A stretch of 64,000 nucleotides of DNA, taken from NCBI GenBank assembly GCA_946965045.2, contig OX337228.1, positions 3,038,001-3,102,000 of the forward strand. Reading direction: 5' to 3'. The notes below the pieces were generated by a model. It was not told the DNA's origin. It saw only the letters and a program-made list of their open reading frames with translations, and did no database searches. Below are positions 11,323-21,596 of the stretch, in pieces. Origin of the DNA: Epithemia pelagica. Its lineage: Eukaryota; Protista; Bacillariophyta. Position 1 is the stretch's first letter. Every line of letters begins with the position of its first letter. The translations under genes were made by a program, and so were the position numbers.

Positions 11323-11877
11323 TTGCGGTCTCTCATGTTTGTCAGTTGGTTCTGTTGATTGGGAATTATTCCCGTCTTCCGCTGTTTCGGGGACCGTCAT
11401 GGTCGCTACTATACAAAACGTTGTTCTGAACGATCGCTTCTGCGATTTCTAGCCATAGATATCTCGGTCGTCTTTCTCCTGTCTCGCTTGTGTCACAAGA
11501 GCGTCTCATTGTACTTGGACCATAAAACTACAAGTATAAGCATCTATAGAATTTTTTACTCTATCGTACATAGTACGAAGCGCCTACTGCTCTACTAAAA
11601 CACGAGGAGTACCGAACGTTGGACGTACGTACTACGTACCGTCCAAGTCGGTTGTGTTAAGTACTCTAATTTCTGCAGTCGACAGATGGCGCTTCGTGAG
11701 ATGCAGATAGATGCATGTTTGAAAAAGGGGACTCGTACAAGTTACAAGTGGCACGTGGAACTAAATAAAGCGGGTATCAGGTATCCTGGTTGAACTCTAG
11801 TAGGGACTTCTCTCGAGACTCTATTCTCTAGCCAAAAAAATGTTTCTCCTACTTCTACGAGCCACAAAGGCATTTTG

Positions 11878-11995
11878 TACTCCTCTAGGAGTAGACCATA
11901 GACCATAGCTTGGATACGACTCCTCTATGACTATGATGTCTTGCTCAGGTGGTACAATCGTCCTAATTTTCCTTATTAGGAGTATTTCTACTCCT
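11878..11995. promoter_or_regulatory. Two inverted pairs of the AGGAGTA motif in opposite arrangements
   Basis: TACTCCT-CT-AGGAGTA (11878-11893) and AGGAGTA-TTTC-TACTCCT (11978-11995). Confidence 0.4.
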
Positions 11996-12288
11996 CGAAC
12001 TAGCCAGACGCCTCGAACTAATCAAATGAAAGAGTATTTTCATTTGTCAACTGATAAGGTTGATGGCGTAAGCTGTGATAACGCAAAATAGTTACAAGTA
12101 TGTATTAGTATATATTGATCCAGAGGAATTGGTGCCATTTTCCCTGGAGTCCATGTCACCTCCACAAATTCCAACGATCTCTCTCTCTCTGGGTCTCGCT
12201 CTGGTTACCCCGAGAATGACAGGAAAGAATCCCTTGGGACGCATGGCGCGTGAGCGCTCCGTCGGTGCTGCAGTGTCATCCATTTTAT

Positions 12289-14148
12289 CTACCATGTAGC
12301 GTCCTTGGTGAAAACGAATTGACCGTGATCGTTGCATTTGAACTGGCCCACGACTTGAGTTCCTATGCGAAGTTGCATCAAGTCACCAAACGCACCCTGA
12401 ACCTTCCGTGACGTTTTCGCCTTAAGCGTACCTTGTGGTACACCGTCCACGTACAGGGTAGGATTGCCTTCCACGTCCCAATTGGTAGCAATGAAATCAA
12501 CCGTTTTGTGATCCCCTTCAAACTTGTACGGTTCATTTGGGTAGATGTAAGATATTTTTTCCAAGGGTGTCGTGACCTCGTGGTTCAGCGGCTTATCGTA
12601 GTCGGGAAGTGCGAAGCGAGTGCGCGTCAGTAGGTCCGTAACTTCCGGATCTTCGTCCTCGGGTTGATGATGACGCGGCTTGTTCCCAAAGTTGATATCG
12701 TCAAACCAGCGTTTCGCGTAAATCAGCAAGATAATGCTTCGAAGATTCGGACTGGCATTCCATCCACCTCTGTGACGAACTCCATAGTCCCAAAGAACTG
12801 CATCACCAAGCTTGAGAAGAGGTGAAATCCAGCATTCTGGTGGACAGAATCCCGGGTGCTCATTGTACTTTTGGAAAAGGCTACCTTCTTCAATCAAGGA
12901 CTGGTCAAAGACATCAGGATGAGGATTCACACCGTTGAGTGCCGACGATCCAACACAGAATTCGGTCGGTCCGGTTTCACGTTCCATATCCAACAAAGGC
13001 ATTGCCAAACTAATGGCAGCCGGCGGAATATCATGACCGGCTATACCAAAATGTTGCAAGCCGCCGTGTTCTTGACCAAACAAAAAGCCTTGATCAAAGT
13101 GCCACGGTTGGCCCGGTGTTCCTCCACCTTGGTTGCCTTCTGCAACAAGCGATTGGAGCGACCGTAATGCCGCATTGCCTCCAAGAACCCTCCAGTGCTT
13201 GACGACCTCGAGGATGCGTTCGTTGTTGACAATGTCAGGGTGGGCCATTCGTTCGGGGAGGATGATCTCGTAGCGTCCCCGACCGCGACCGGCAAGGAAG
13301 AGCGAGTCTCCTCCCGTGTTACCACCCTCTCTACTTATCTTTCCTTCCTTGAGCCCCGTGATGTATTCTGCATACTGCTGACGATATTCCTCCATGAGTT
13401 CGGTATCAAATGCGTTCTTGAAAATCAAGAGACGGCACTTTTCAAAGATTCGGACGGCTTTTTGTGTGCTGTAAGATGGATCGTTCATATCCACCACTGG
13501 GTTTTGACAGTTTTCCACAATGTCCAAAAAGTTTAGAATGTGACGATCCGCTTCGGTTCGTTCGGACAAGGGACGCAAATCTTGAGCATGAGCTGCATCG
13601 ATGCGTTCTTGTTTCTTGATTCTTTCCATCTCTTCCGGATCAAGCCCGGTCTTGGTAGTTTGTCTCTCATCAGCAGGTTCTGGTTCGTCTTCAGATTCTG
13701 ATTCGACGTCGGTACTTGAATCTTGCTCGTCCTCTTTGTCCGCAGCATGAATGGCGTGGTTCAATATTTGCATGAATTTATTTTGATCCTTCTGGTCCAT
13801 TCCTCGCAAATGGATTTGGACATGCTTCGTGAGCTTGTCTGCAACATCTTTGAACCGGTCCACATACCTTTCCTTGAGCCAGTGGGCCGGACGATGTTTC
13901 AGTGTCCGTTCGGGGGAGTCTTCCCGTTTCAATTGAAAGTTATAAAGGCATGCGAGGCATACCCAGATCGCCAAGACAATGAGGACCGACTTGACACGAG
14001 TTTTCAACACTGGAAAGCCTTTGTATGGATTTCGAGGAGATCGACGACCCGAAGTTTGAGGCAAGAGATCGCCAAGCGAGAAATCAAACCTTCCTTCCTG
14101 CGGAGAACCAGGAGGACTCGTTCGATGCCGTTGATGCACTTTGCTCAT
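12289..14148 (-). CDS. Type II membrane Fe(II)/2-oxoglutarate dioxygenase, PhyH (phytanoyl-CoA dioxygenase)-like
   Basis: ATG at 14148; TM helix VLIVLAIWVCLACLY; HxD in QPWHFDQG; GPTEFCVGS; distal His in GDAVLWDYGVRHRGG; RSIILLIY. Confidence 0.85.
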   Translation of the reverse strand: MSKVHQRHRTSPPGSPQEGRFDFSLGDLLPQTSGRRSPRNPYKGFPVLKTRVKSVLIVLAIWVCLACLYNFQLKREDSPERTLKHRPAHWLKERYVDRFKDVADKLTKHVQIHLRGMDQKDQNKFMQILNHAIHAADKEDEQDSSTDVESESEDEPEPADERQTTKTGLDPEEMERIKKQERIDAAHAQDLRPLSERTEADRHILNFLDIVENCQNPVVDMNDPSYSTQKAVRIFEKCRLLIFKNAFDTELMEEYRQQYAEYITGLKEGKISREGGNTGGDSLFLAGRGRGRYEIILPERMAHPDIVNNERILEVVKHWRVLGGNAALRSLQSLVAEGNQGGGTPGQPWHFDQGFLFGQEHGGLQHFGIAGHDIPPAAISLAMPLLDMERETGPTEFCVGSSALNGVNPHPDVFDQSLIEEGSLFQKYNEHPGFCPPECWISPLLKLGDAVLWDYGVRHRGGWNASPNLRSIILLIYAKRWFDDINFGNKPRHHQPEDEDPEVTDLLTRTRFALPDYDKPLNHEVTTPLEKISYIYPNEPYKFEGDHKTVDFIATNWDVEGNPTLYVDGVPQGTLKAKTSRKVQGAFGDLMQLRIGTQVVGQFKCNDHGQFVFTKDATW

Positions 14149-15194
14149 GATGATGCAGATAGGCTTTGTCGTTGTCCGAGACGCTACACACAGGCAATCG
14201 TCTCTATCGTAGAGGAATGTTGGTCGTTGGGATCTAGTGGTTCGACACCTTAGTTTTGCTCGTGTGAAAAAATGACAAGAAACAAAAACCTGATCAATTT
14301 TGGCGCACCGGCCTGACACTCTATCAAAGACTCCCTAAGGCGAACTTAAGGGCGTGCATGCGCGCAGTAATTTCCGTTGCGACCGCAACAAAGAAAAAGG
14401 GTCACTCTGCTGGCTCGGCATCTCTCCCTTTCGACTATCAGATGGATTGTATATCATCAAATATCCAGCATGAGACTCAATAAGGAGGCATTATTTTTAT
14501 AAGTTCATATAGTAGGAACGCAATGAGAACAGCGGGGAAGTAGTTCGGGTTTTCACCCAAAAAGATCCAACGCTTGCCTGTCTGTAAACGTTAACTGCAA
14601 TGCTGGAACACAAAGGAGTCAAGTCCCGTCCCCCCTTCCCCATTGTAGAAGCATCGATATCGGATATCTTGTTTACGAGTATTGTAGGAGTCAACAACTG
14701 AAACAGGAAGAATAGCAACAACGGATGAAGTCGTGTTGCTCCATCCCGATCCCGCGGGGACCGCTTGAGTGAGACCATAGACCATGCGATATGCGATACA
14801 CGAGAGTCTGTGCGAAAGCATGTAGTGTAATCAATCCAGCGCATAGATTTACCCATATCAACATAGCTCATAACTATGGGAGGCAGCAGGAAGGATTGTC
14901 TTTCCTGTTTTCATATCGGATCTAGCCGTCCATAGTCAGGATTGATCCGCAAAGGATGCTGTCGATTTGTTTTCGTCAGCAACATTGCGCTGATGCTGGG
15001 CCCATCAAGCTCAGTCTCCCAAGTAGATACATCATTTATTATGGAGTCGTCTAGTTGATTCCTCTATAGGGAGTGAACCAGGCCTGCAGCCTCAGTGAAT
15101 CGAACAAACCGTAACGTCGGGTCGAAGGTCTCCACTCTCCCCACTCCCACATGCACAAAGAGAAGGAGGAAGATCAAAGAGATTGGAAAAATAA

Positions 15195-15223
15195 TAGGAG
15201 TAGGAGTAAAAACAATAGGAGTA
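15195..15223 (+). promoter_or_regulatory. Three direct TAGGAGTA copies
   Basis: At 15195, 15201 and 15216; 150-180 bp upstream of the ATG at 15375. Confidence 0.4.
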
Positions 15224-15374
15224 TTAGGGTAGTGATCCAATCTGTCTTGGATCACTAGCTAGTCCTGTCCCGCAAGTTGGGACGGGATCAGATGATCATA
15301 AGGCGTAAGAGAAGGGTCAGTCACTCATTTTTTGCAAACAACTGCTTCCACAATACCTTGCACAAAACCATACC

Positions 15375-15901
15375 ATGGGTCGTCAATGTGCTCAATGCGG
15401 ATGCTGGCGCAATAGCAGAGACTTTTCCTCTAATCAGTGGCGAAAGGGCGATGGATACAGTCGGACCAAGATTGTGTGCATCCACCTCAGTACTCGTATC
15501 AATGTTCGGAATGTTACCGCACATTCCATACATCAAACGAACTGAATATGCACATGCAAGTTCATCGTCCTCGAACGGTGGCCTGTCCCGTCTGTGGAGA
15601 TCAAAGGTTTCGATCCGGTGCCAATGCCGTGCAGCATGTGGAAAGTGGATATTGCCGTGGTTGTCTCGGAAAAGACAATGCCCGGCAACAAATTCATCGG
15701 TTTGCTTCCCAACAAGGTGCCATGAGTCGGTACATGAATCACGTGCCACTGCTCGAAAATGGCTCGAATGGGTATGGACAAGTTCCAGAGTTCCCCTACC
15801 ATTGTCCAGATTGCAGTAAAAGCTTTCGTCAGCTTTCGCAGTTGCTCCAACATCAAGACCAAAAGCACAGCAACAACGTTCTGATGCTCACGCACTACTG
15901 A
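15375..15901 (+). CDS. Multi zinc-finger protein (N-terminal CxxC...RCxxC-type finger plus C2H2 fingers) interrupted by a frameshift near 15465
   Basis: accATGg at 15375 gives MGRQCAQCGCWRNSRDFSSNQWRKGDGYSR; a second frame continues QDCVHPPQYSYQCSECYRTFHTSNELNMHMQVH, CPVCGDQRFRSGANAVQHVESG, CPDCSKSFRQLSQLLQHQDQKH. Confidence 0.75.
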
Positions 15902-16154
15902 CTTTGCTACTAGCAGGATCCGAGAATAATGAGACAAGGGCAATCTAGATCCTCTGGAGTAACGATGTAGTTCGAATTTTACAAAGAAGAAGCGAACGAG
16001 ATTTGAAACTAAAACCAACAGCAACACAGTACGAGCTACTCGATGACTCTTGATGTGTGGCCCAAACTACGTTCTCAAAGTGCTTTCGTACGAGTAACCA
16101 TAAATCCAACACTAATACTACGGTTCATCCAACTAGTCGTATCTAGTGTATAGT

Positions 16155-19100
16155 TCAACATCTTTCAAAGACGCGATAGAGTTTCGTCAGAGTAGTCAAG
16201 GTTTGAAAATATCCCAGTTGTCCAATACGCTGGGACGGGACCAAAAGTGTCGAGAGGGCGGGAAACAAAATGTGGCGGACATGGTGATGCAAGACCAACT
16301 CGTCCTCGTCCTTCTCAGGATTGCTGTTATCTACAGGGCCTGTCCGAGGGGAGGATGGCAAGGATGCATAAAAGGTTGCCAGTTCGCGACAAATTCCCTT
16401 AAAGCATGCCTTTTCTTGGCTCCAATCGACCTCAGTGGCAAGTCGCAACAAAAATAGGGGCAGACCATGTTGACACGGAACATGATGGTCCAGCAAAACG
16501 GGTAAATGACAAAGCACAATGCGACCTTGTTTCTTTTTGGTGTCTTCGGCATGAGTGTTGAGTGCGTCCGCACTCGTGACCTCATCATTTACGGGTTGTT
16601 CTCGAATACCAATGGCGAAATATTCATCCAGCATCTCAGCATGGTGTAAGAGACAAGTGGCTGCTTGATCGGCAATGGTCTCATTGGTGTCACTCATTGG
16701 CAAACGTTTCGTGGGGGAAGAGGACGACGGCAACAACTGCTGGTCCTCTGCGTGCGGTTGGTGGTCGTTGCGTTCCAGTCCGAGCCGTTCTTCCCAGTGC
16801 AGCAGCTGTGCAATCACGGCCCGCACGTCAATTCCCCCCTCAGAGACTCCCACCCGCGCCTTGGTGGCCCCCGCAAAGTGGGCCAAGGCCAATTGATAAA
16901 AGAGTTCTCGTGCCGCGTGTCCATGATGAAACAAAACCAGAGACTCTCCCACTTGCAAAAGGGAACGATGTCGCGTCGCGACACCCACCCAACAGGCGGT
17001 CCGCAACTGGGCTTGCAATTTGTGGTCTGCCTGGTGTTTCACCGAGGCTCGGAGAGATTGAATCGAGACATAGCGACACGGAGTGGGTACAATCTTGGTG
17101 GGACGAGCCACGACTTGGGGTGGCAAGCAGATCCGTTGCTGCGAGGTCATGGCCAGAGTGCGACAAGTGCAGGATTTGGCCGCCATGGCAAAGGCACCGG
17201 GCACGGACAGGTCGAGAGACGACGAGGATTGTGTCGCCAAGGGACAGGTCGGTTCGTGTTGGACCGCATTCGACTCCTGTGATGCGTTCGACTGTTGCGA
17301 TTGTGGTTCCCCCTCTTCTGTTGGCTCGATGTTACTGCTACTACTACTTGTGCTCATGGTCGTTTCCTGGGAGAATGCGTCCGTCTGGGAGCGTTGTCGC
17401 TTGTTCCTGGACGGTACGCGCACTACATAGGGTTCCAAGGCTCCCCGGGGCATGGACCGGTGGTTGGTCCGAATCAGTTTGTGTGCGCTTGCGGGCATGT
17501 CTAGAGCTTGTTGAGATGACTGTGGGTTCGGTTGTGACAAGGATGATGTCCGTCTTGCGTTCCTTGGCATATTTTTCTGGACTGGTTGGTCCTTGCCGTT
17601 TGTTTCGGAAGGGGTGCTTAAGTCGTCCTCTTCTTCCTTGTAGTCTTCGTCATCATCATCATCTTCTTCTTCCTCGCGACGAGTTGGCAAAGGCCGTTTT
17701 CGCGATGCCACATTTTCGGGCACTGTGGGCAGCTTGTTGCGCTGCAATGCGTTTTGGGACGGGTGGCTTGTATTCTTATTATTCTTGTGATTGTGGTTGA
17801 CGGCAAACGAATGCCCCAATTGAACCAAGTGTTGTTGCAAAGCTTGTGTCAAGGCCTGACAAATCTCATCCAAAAACAAGAGTGTGACATGTCGTTTGGT
17901 GGGATGGACATTGACATCGACCGTCGTGGGAGGAACGGTCAAGGACCAAAAACAAAAGGGCCGGTCGTTCGTGTTGGTGAGTGTGGCATAGACTTGTTCA
18001 ATGCATCGTTGCAAGGGCCGGCATTCGACCAATCGTTGATTGACAAACAAAACCAAGACGGTGGTGCGCTTTTTGAGTGATTTGCTGCTTGAGTTGGATG
18101 TCGACGATGTCGACGACGACGACGACGACGACGACGACGGATGCGAGCAAAAGCCCCAACAGTCCATGGATCCCTGGGTTGGTGCGGCTCCGGGGGTATC
18201 GTCCAGGTTCTCTGGTGGCGTGGTTTTGAAATTGTTCCAGTGACAAGAAAAAGGTTCAAGTTGAGCGGCAAGCTGTGTTCCATAGACCAGTCCAATGACA
18301 TGGCGTGTGGCGCGTTGTTGTAGTTCTTGCACCACCACTGGATTCTCAGCATGTTGTTTCTCGTCGAGGGCCCGTCGCAAATGAGATCGCACTGGCACGG
18401 ACAAGGTATTGAGGTCTACGGTAGAGCTGGCCGCTCCTCCCGTCGCACCACGGCGAGCCTCTGATTTGGAGGCGGACGACCGTTGTCGTTCACAGCAAAA
18501 GGCGACACCACGCGAGGCAAAGAGCATGGCGTAGTGTTGGACAAGTTGCAAGAGTTTGTTGTATTCCTCCGAAGCGGCACGTGATTGTTGATGTTGCTTT
18601 CGTCGATGAGGCAAATTGTAAAACAAGTCCTGCACCGTGACGGTGGTACCCACAGCTCGTGCACGAGGCCGCGGCGGTTTGGTCTGCGTGGTATTCGCTT
18701 CAAAGGATTGCAGGTATCCTACGGGTGTCTCTCGTGTGCGACTGTGCAAGTCGAGACGCGCCGCGACTTGATGAATGCTGGCCAAGGCTTCGCCACGAAA
18801 TCCCAAACTGTTCAAGTGGGAAAAGTCGTCCACGGTCCGCAATTTGCTCGTGGCATGACGAATGACCGCACGAGACAAGTCGTCGCGAGGAATGCCATGG
18901 CCATTGTCGGACACTTGCAGTTTGGTGACACTGAACAAGACACGAATTTCACTCGCCCCCGCGTCCAAGGCATTTTCCAAAAGTTCCTTAATCACGGAAA
19001 CCGCCGATTGTACGACTTCTCCCGCAGCAATCAAGTCCACTACCGACTGTGGTAAGACGGCAATCCGACGTCTACCCAGAGGCGAGGATGCATCCTCCTT

Positions 19101-19241
19101 CTTACTGCTGCCGCCGTTCTCGGTGTGGTGCTTCTCGACGTTGCCGTTTTGGTGGTTGTTGCTGCTGCTCTGGTCGACTTCTGGGTGGATCGTCCCTGAC
19201 ACTTTATCCTCTTTACTTCCTGTATCATTGTTGTCCGCCAT
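16155..19241 (-). CDS. MLH1: DNA mismatch repair protein MLH1
   Basis: IAAGEVV, KELLENALDAGA, DNGHGI, RHATSKL, GFRGEALASI, VDVNVHPTK; MLH1-diagnostic C-terminus LYRVFERC; likely ATG at 19241. Confidence 0.95.
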   Translation of the reverse strand: MADNNDTGSKEDKVSGTIHPEVDQSSSNNHQNGNVEKHHTENGGSSKKEDASSPLGRRRIAVLPQSVVDLIAAGEVVQSAVSVIKELLENALDAGASEIRVLFSVTKLQVSDNGHGIPRDDLSRAVIRHATSKLRTVDDFSHLNSLGFRGEALASIHQVAARLDLHSRTRETPVGYLQSFEANTTQTKPPRPRARAVGTTVTVQDLFYNLPHRRKQHQQSRAASEEYNKLLQLVQHYAMLFASRGVAFCCERQRSSASKSEARRGATGGAASSTVDLNTLSVPVRSHLRRALDEKQHAENPVVVQELQQRATRHVIGLVYGTQLAAQLEPFSCHWNNFKTTPPENLDDTPGAAPTQGSMDCWGFCSHPSSSSSSSSSTSSTSNSSSKSLKKRTTVLVLFVNQRLVECRPLQRCIEQVYATLTNTNDRPFCFWSLTVPPTTVDVNVHPTKRHVTLLFLDEICQALTQALQQHLVQLGHSFAVNHNHKNNKNTSHPSQNALQRNKLPTVPENVASRKRPLPTRREEEEDDDDDEDYKEEEDDLSTPSETNGKDQPVQKNMPRNARRTSSLSQPNPQSSQQALDMPASAHKLIRTNHRSMPRGALEPYVVRVPSRNKRQRSQTDAFSQETTMSTSSSSSNIEPTEEGEPQSQQSNASQESNAVQHEPTCPLATQSSSSLDLSVPGAFAMAAKSCTCRTLAMTSQQRICLPPQVVARPTKIVPTPCRYVSIQSLRASVKHQADHKLQAQLRTACWVGVATRHRSLLQVGESLVLFHHGHAARELFYQLALAHFAGATKARVGVSEGGIDVRAVIAQLLHWEERLGLERNDHQPHAEDQQLLPSSSSPTKRLPMSDTNETIADQAATCLLHHAEMLDEYFAIGIREQPVNDEVTSADALNTHAEDTKKKQGRIVLCHLPVLLDHHVPCQHGLPLFLLRLATEVDWSQEKACFKGICRELATFYASLPSSPRTGPVDNSNPEKDEDELVLHHHVRHILFPALSTLLVPSQRIGQLGYFQTLTTLTKLYRVFERC
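18111..18139. repeat. (CGA)n microsatellite, about 9-10 units, encoding poly-Ser in MLH1
   Basis: cgacgacgac... from 18111 to 18139. Confidence 0.9.
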
Positions 19242-19704
19242 GGTGGTACAAAAAAGTATGATATACAATGTTATGTTACGATGGAATGGCGTTCCATTGT
19301 CATGTTTGGTTGGATGCAGAAAAATGCGTCGTTCGTTCGAGGTGCGCCAGGAATGAGGTTTCGGCGCAAGCGCGCGAGCAGTGATGAGGCGGCTGGCGGC
19401 TTCTTTATTTGTGCGCTTGCTCTTTGTGTGACAGAAGAAATCAATGAACGAATATGGAAACAAAGCCCGCGAGGTCCGTGGGCTCGCGCGCCATGCCCCT
19501 ATCTGCACGAGTTTAGCTCTTTTCCACGCACGGGGATCTGACGTTCCTCATTCTCTTTTGTGGGTGATTGCCACAATCTTTGAAAGCCACACAACAACAA
19601 CAACAAAAGAGAGAGAGCGCAAACAAGGAAGTCACAGCGGCCCTAGCAGTGAATCTCGAGAGAATTTCTTTCTTCTCGTAAGCGTGTTTAGTTCCATTCA
19701 AAGG

Positions 19705-21489
19705 ATGGAATTCCAAAGAAACAACAACAACAAGGACAACAATCCGCTCCCTGGGCAGGCCAAACGAATGCCCATCCGTGCTCGATGGCAACAAATTGCT
19801 GCGTCGTCTCATCCTCAACAAGAACCTCCTATGGATGGAAACGGTTCGCCAGCGTTGTCGCCAAAACAGCCAATTTCCTCACAACGACGACAGCGACAAC
19901 CAATGCACGGTCCTCCTTGGACATATTTCACCTTCCTTGCCGTGACGTCTTGTTTCGTGATCCTGGTCCTCGTGGCGGGAGAAATGTCCGCCAGCGCTTC
20001 ACGGTTGATATCCACGACCGATACAACATCCCCATGGCGAATGGGACAAGGATCCTTTACAACCATTGTAGTAACCCAAAATCAACAACGACTCGAACAA
20101 CAACATGGGGCCAGCCAACCACAACAACAACCAGTCACTTCTCGTCCTTTTATTCCACACAACGAATTCTTTGCTCCCAACACCTTGTCCGACGAACAGG
20201 TTCAAGAATATTTTCGCTTTGAATGGCCAGCCAAAACGACACTGGAACAATACTTTCGGAGATCTGTCCTTTCCCCCCTCCACTGGGAATGCTTGGCCAG
20301 TTCCAACCAGACCACTCACACAAACAGAACCCGGCACATGCACAAACCAACCACGAGTGGAAAATTGGTGTTTTTGCAAATGATTCGAAGTGGCAGTATC
20401 TTCTTACGAACCTTGTTAAAAGCCTACGGTCATGTCTGCCGGATTGACATGGCCACTGTCAATTCCTGTTGGGATTTGGGGTGGTCCTCTCTTCTCCCCA
20501 CATCTTTTCCCGAAACGGCCATTTGGTACAATACGGCTCCCGACAGTCCTCGTATTTTTCAGGAATGTGAACTGACTTCTCTGGTACGATATCCCAGAAC
20601 AAGGATTCCGGGCCGCAACGAGACACTACCACCGCTGCCCTCACAATCCTTCAATTGGTCCAATTGGACCGAACCGCATCCCGTCACGAGTGCCGATATA
20701 CAAGCCGTGGATTGGTTGGCTGGAATTGTCCCATTGGGAAGTGCTGCGGTTTGGGAACGCACCCATAATAACAAAGCGGTGGATGCCCGTTATGTAATCT
20801 TGTTGCGGGATCCCCTGTCTCGATTGGTCAGTCAATTTTTACTTCGTTGGACCGATCCGAATATCACAATGACTGTGGAGGAACTCGTCTCTCGCATGAC
20901 GGATTCCGTCCAACAACGACGACGGAGAGCCTCGGCTCCTGTGAAGAATGCAACCAACCGTACAACCAATCCTTATACAGAACTCATACAGAAACGCTTA
21001 TATTACCATTACGAACGCCTTTCCAATATCCTCATTACCCCTGAACAACGGTATTGGGTGGAACAAAACAATGTTGCATGGACCTTGGAACGACAGGTCA
21101 ATTTGTCAAAATCTAATTTGGTTCAACACAAGGTCATTGTCGGCATTCTCGAACGATCCAATCAAAGTTGGGCCTTGTTGCAACAAGTCTTGGATGGAGA
21201 ATCATGGACTGATTCCTCCTCTTTTTCTTCTCCCAATGAAATGTTTTCCTGGTCCTCCTTGGTGGAGAATGTGCACAAATTTCCGGACAAGACTCGTAGT
21301 ATGAAAAAGTCTCAACAGGAGGGACGAACGCAGGCCATGGTGAAACGAATAAAAGCCAATGTCACGGTCCATAACCTCCTGCAAGACTATTTGCAGTACG
21401 AATACGATATTTACAACTTTGCTCTCCATTTGCATGAGATTCAATACAGCATTGTTCAAGGCAACCACAGGATCCATAACCAACCATAG
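19705..21489 (+). CDS. Type II membrane (Golgi-type) sulfotransferase-family protein
   Basis: TM helix TYFTFLAVTSCFVILVLVAG; 5'PSB-like KLVFLQMIRSGSIFLR; 3'PB YVILLRDPLSRLVSQF; VGILER; C-terminal YEYDIYNFA. Confidence 0.7.
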   Translation: MEFQRNNNNKDNNPLPGQAKRMPIRARWQQIAASSHPQQEPPMDGNGSPALSPKQPISSQRRQRQPMHGPPWTYFTFLAVTSCFVILVLVAGEMSASASRLISTTDTTSPWRMGQGSFTTIVVTQNQQRLEQQHGASQPQQQPVTSRPFIPHNEFFAPNTLSDEQVQEYFRFEWPAKTTLEQYFRRSVLSPLHWECLASSNQTTHTNRTRHMHKPTTSGKLVFLQMIRSGSIFLRTLLKAYGHVCRIDMATVNSCWDLGWSSLLPTSFPETAIWYNTAPDSPRIFQECELTSLVRYPRTRIPGRNETLPPLPSQSFNWSNWTEPHPVTSADIQAVDWLAGIVPLGSAAVWERTHNNKAVDARYVILLRDPLSRLVSQFLLRWTDPNITMTVEELVSRMTDSVQQRRRRASAPVKNATNRTTNPYTELIQKRLYYHYERLSNILITPEQRYWVEQNNVAWTLERQVNLSKSNLVQHKVIVGILERSNQSWALLQQVLDGESWTDSSSFSSPNEMFSWSSLVENVHKFPDKTRSMKKSQQEGRTQAMVKRIKANVTVHNLLQDYLQYEYDIYNFALHLHEIQYSIVQGNHRIHNQP

Positions 21490-21596
21490 CTTCTAATAGC
21501 GTTTTCTCGCAAGGTTTTAGGCAAAACGATTAGGCAAAACGATTCTACTGTAGTCTACACAAGCTTTCTCTTGGCACTCTCCAACCACGGACTCCT

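Noticed and set aside
14497-14871. 124-aa minus-strand ORF containing a hydrophobic stretch and MGKGG
   Set aside because: No family resemblance; could arise by chance in a 1-kb intergenic region.
16665-17800. Long antisense ORFs over MLH1 (205 and 367 aa), and similar shadow ORFs over other genes such as 38002-38622
   Set aside because: Antisense or alternate-frame shadows of low-complexity coding DNA with no domain signal.
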